A DNA stretch of 64,000 bases, from NCBI GenBank assembly GCA_965637545.1, contig OZ281500.1, positions 5,456,001 through 5,520,000 on the forward strand. The letters are read 5' to 3'. The first letter of the stretch is position 1; each line of letters begins with the position of its first letter. The notes below the pieces were generated by a model. That model had not been told where the DNA came from and did no database searches. It saw only the letters and a list, made by a program, of their open reading frames with translations. Positions 62,381 to 64,000 of this stretch are shown piece after piece. Source of the stretch: Phallusia mammillata. Its lineage: Eukaryota. Made by a program: the position numbers and the translations under genes.

Positions 62381-64000
62381 TTCTTTTTATTGTTACTGCA
62401 ATTACTGTTGAACAATCGCATACGTATGAAATATTTGTGCAGTGTTTGTACACATTGTTTTTTGTGAGCAATTTGACAGACAACCAAATCAGATGATTTA
62501 CGGATAAATCTCCAAAATAAGTACCGTTTATCCGAACCTTCAGCAAGCGAGTAAAAACCAGTGTAATATAAACATTGTTTGCTAAATAAAAGCCCAAAAT
62601 ACTGTCAGTAAATCTAATTCTAAAGGTATTCCCGGAAAACTGCTATTAAAGCTTTTACTTACGAACAGTGATTTGAAACTTGCTTCCTGCGTATGTTTAA
62701 TTACAAGGCCTTATTGCTGCTGGTGGATGACATATATCCTGTGTATGCGACGGACGTGAGAAACAATGGAGCGAAGAAAGCAATTAGCAGAGACAGTGTA
62801 TGGGCGGTAGCTATAATAAAAGCAGGTTTTGTATTTTGAAAAATGTTAAACAACTAGCGTGAACCGGCAAACGATCTTTTGAAATGTTAGTGCCAATGAC
62901 TTTTGTTACTCAGCATTTGTCGGGGTTTAATTTGCTGATACGAACTACTACCAGTATAGGATACAACTGCAGATGTGCTGATGATGTAACAGTTTTTCGC
63001 AAAGCCTACTCAGCGTCCAGTAACGTGCGCTGGCAAAAAAACCACATAGCGTTTTCTCCGACATATAGCGTTAGTATCGAGTTTAGTGCGTTCGTGAGAG
63101 CACAAATGCTTCACCATTTTCTACAAAGCTATGTCACCTTTTTATAATGCTTGAAGGAAAAAGCAAAATGTTACATAAAATTCGATCAAATTTTTACCGT
63201 TATTGATTGAATAACACGGGGTCTTTTATTCAGGATAGTTGACAAGAGAGGGGTACGTTAACGTATGTGGATATTTGATAATCAAAATTGTTTGTGTCTC
63301 AAAGAAAAGGCAACCGAGTGTTTGCTGACGTCTAGTAAGCAGTGTACACCTTCAATGCCCAACGCAACAACACGTAAATTATCGGTTTCGTTTGGTAAAA
63401 CAAATGAGGTTATTAGCCGACTAGAAACATCGTCAAAGCCAGAATGTCTCATCAGGAAGTAAATCTGATATTCTTTATAAGTTAGCAAGGCCATTAAATT
63501 AGTGTTTGAAAGGAATATTTTAGAAATCAGTTATGGGGTAAAACGGTTGAGAGCCTCTGGTCTTAGTTCTCACAGCTGTTGCATGCATAATCTGTAGATA
63601 TTTGCAAAGAAGGACTGATATGTGGAAGTTGGCATTTATCAACTTCCTTAGTAGTGATGACCACACTGTTTTGCCTTTATGACTATTATTAACTGTGACG
63701 TCGTATTGTTTACTTTCAAGCATATGTGACCAAGCAGGATGTTTTCATCATACTCAAAGAGGAAAATCATTTCTCTGTGAATATAAGATGTAGGGTACGT
63801 CATTTTGTGTTTTTCGAAACCAATGACAAATATAGGTCATGTTAGCCAATATCCTTCTCATCAACGAACGCTGAAATTAATCACCAGTCAACCGGTACAA
63901 AAGTGAGATAGATACAACTTCCTTTTAGTAAGGTTAGGGTAAGAAAAAGATAAAAGCCAGTATTTGAGTGTGAAACGTCACAACGTTTTGACAGTTTCCA

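Noticed and set aside
62971-62990. CADD as a reverse-transcriptase YADD motif
   Set aside because: No other RT motifs in any nearby frame.
1-64000. CRISPR array, rRNA, intact tRNA or bacterial contamination
   Set aside because: No repeat-spacer pattern or RNA-gene signature; all genes have spliceosomal introns.

Overview
AT-rich, intron-containing eukaryotic nuclear DNA from an invertebrate animal. The compact introns and a splice acceptor just upstream of every start codon suggest a tunicate-like genome, but this is inference only. No prokaryotic features, rRNA, intact tRNA or CRISPR array were seen. The left end holds the 5' nine exons of a mitochondrial Xaa-Pro aminopeptidase 3 gene (XPNPEP3, minus strand, running off the window). 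The rest is a tandem cluster of six GT31-family (beta-1,3-galactosyl/GlcNAc-transferase-like) type II membrane glycosyltransferase genes, called A-F here. A-D are on the minus strand and E-F on the plus strand, facing away from each other. Each was reconstructed by hand as a 4-coding-exon model with GT-AG sites and consistent phases. All six replace the Lys of the family KxDxD motif with Ser/Thr. Three (B, C, D) have unresolved C-termini, and in D the homologous C-terminal coding segment lacks a canonical acceptor. Introns and spacers contain many hAT MITEs, several with perfect 8-bp target duplications. There is also a 276-bp foldback next to a possible decayed Penelope-like GIY-YIG, a dispersed set of minimal hammerhead-like motifs, and a 99-nt near-perfect hairpin.
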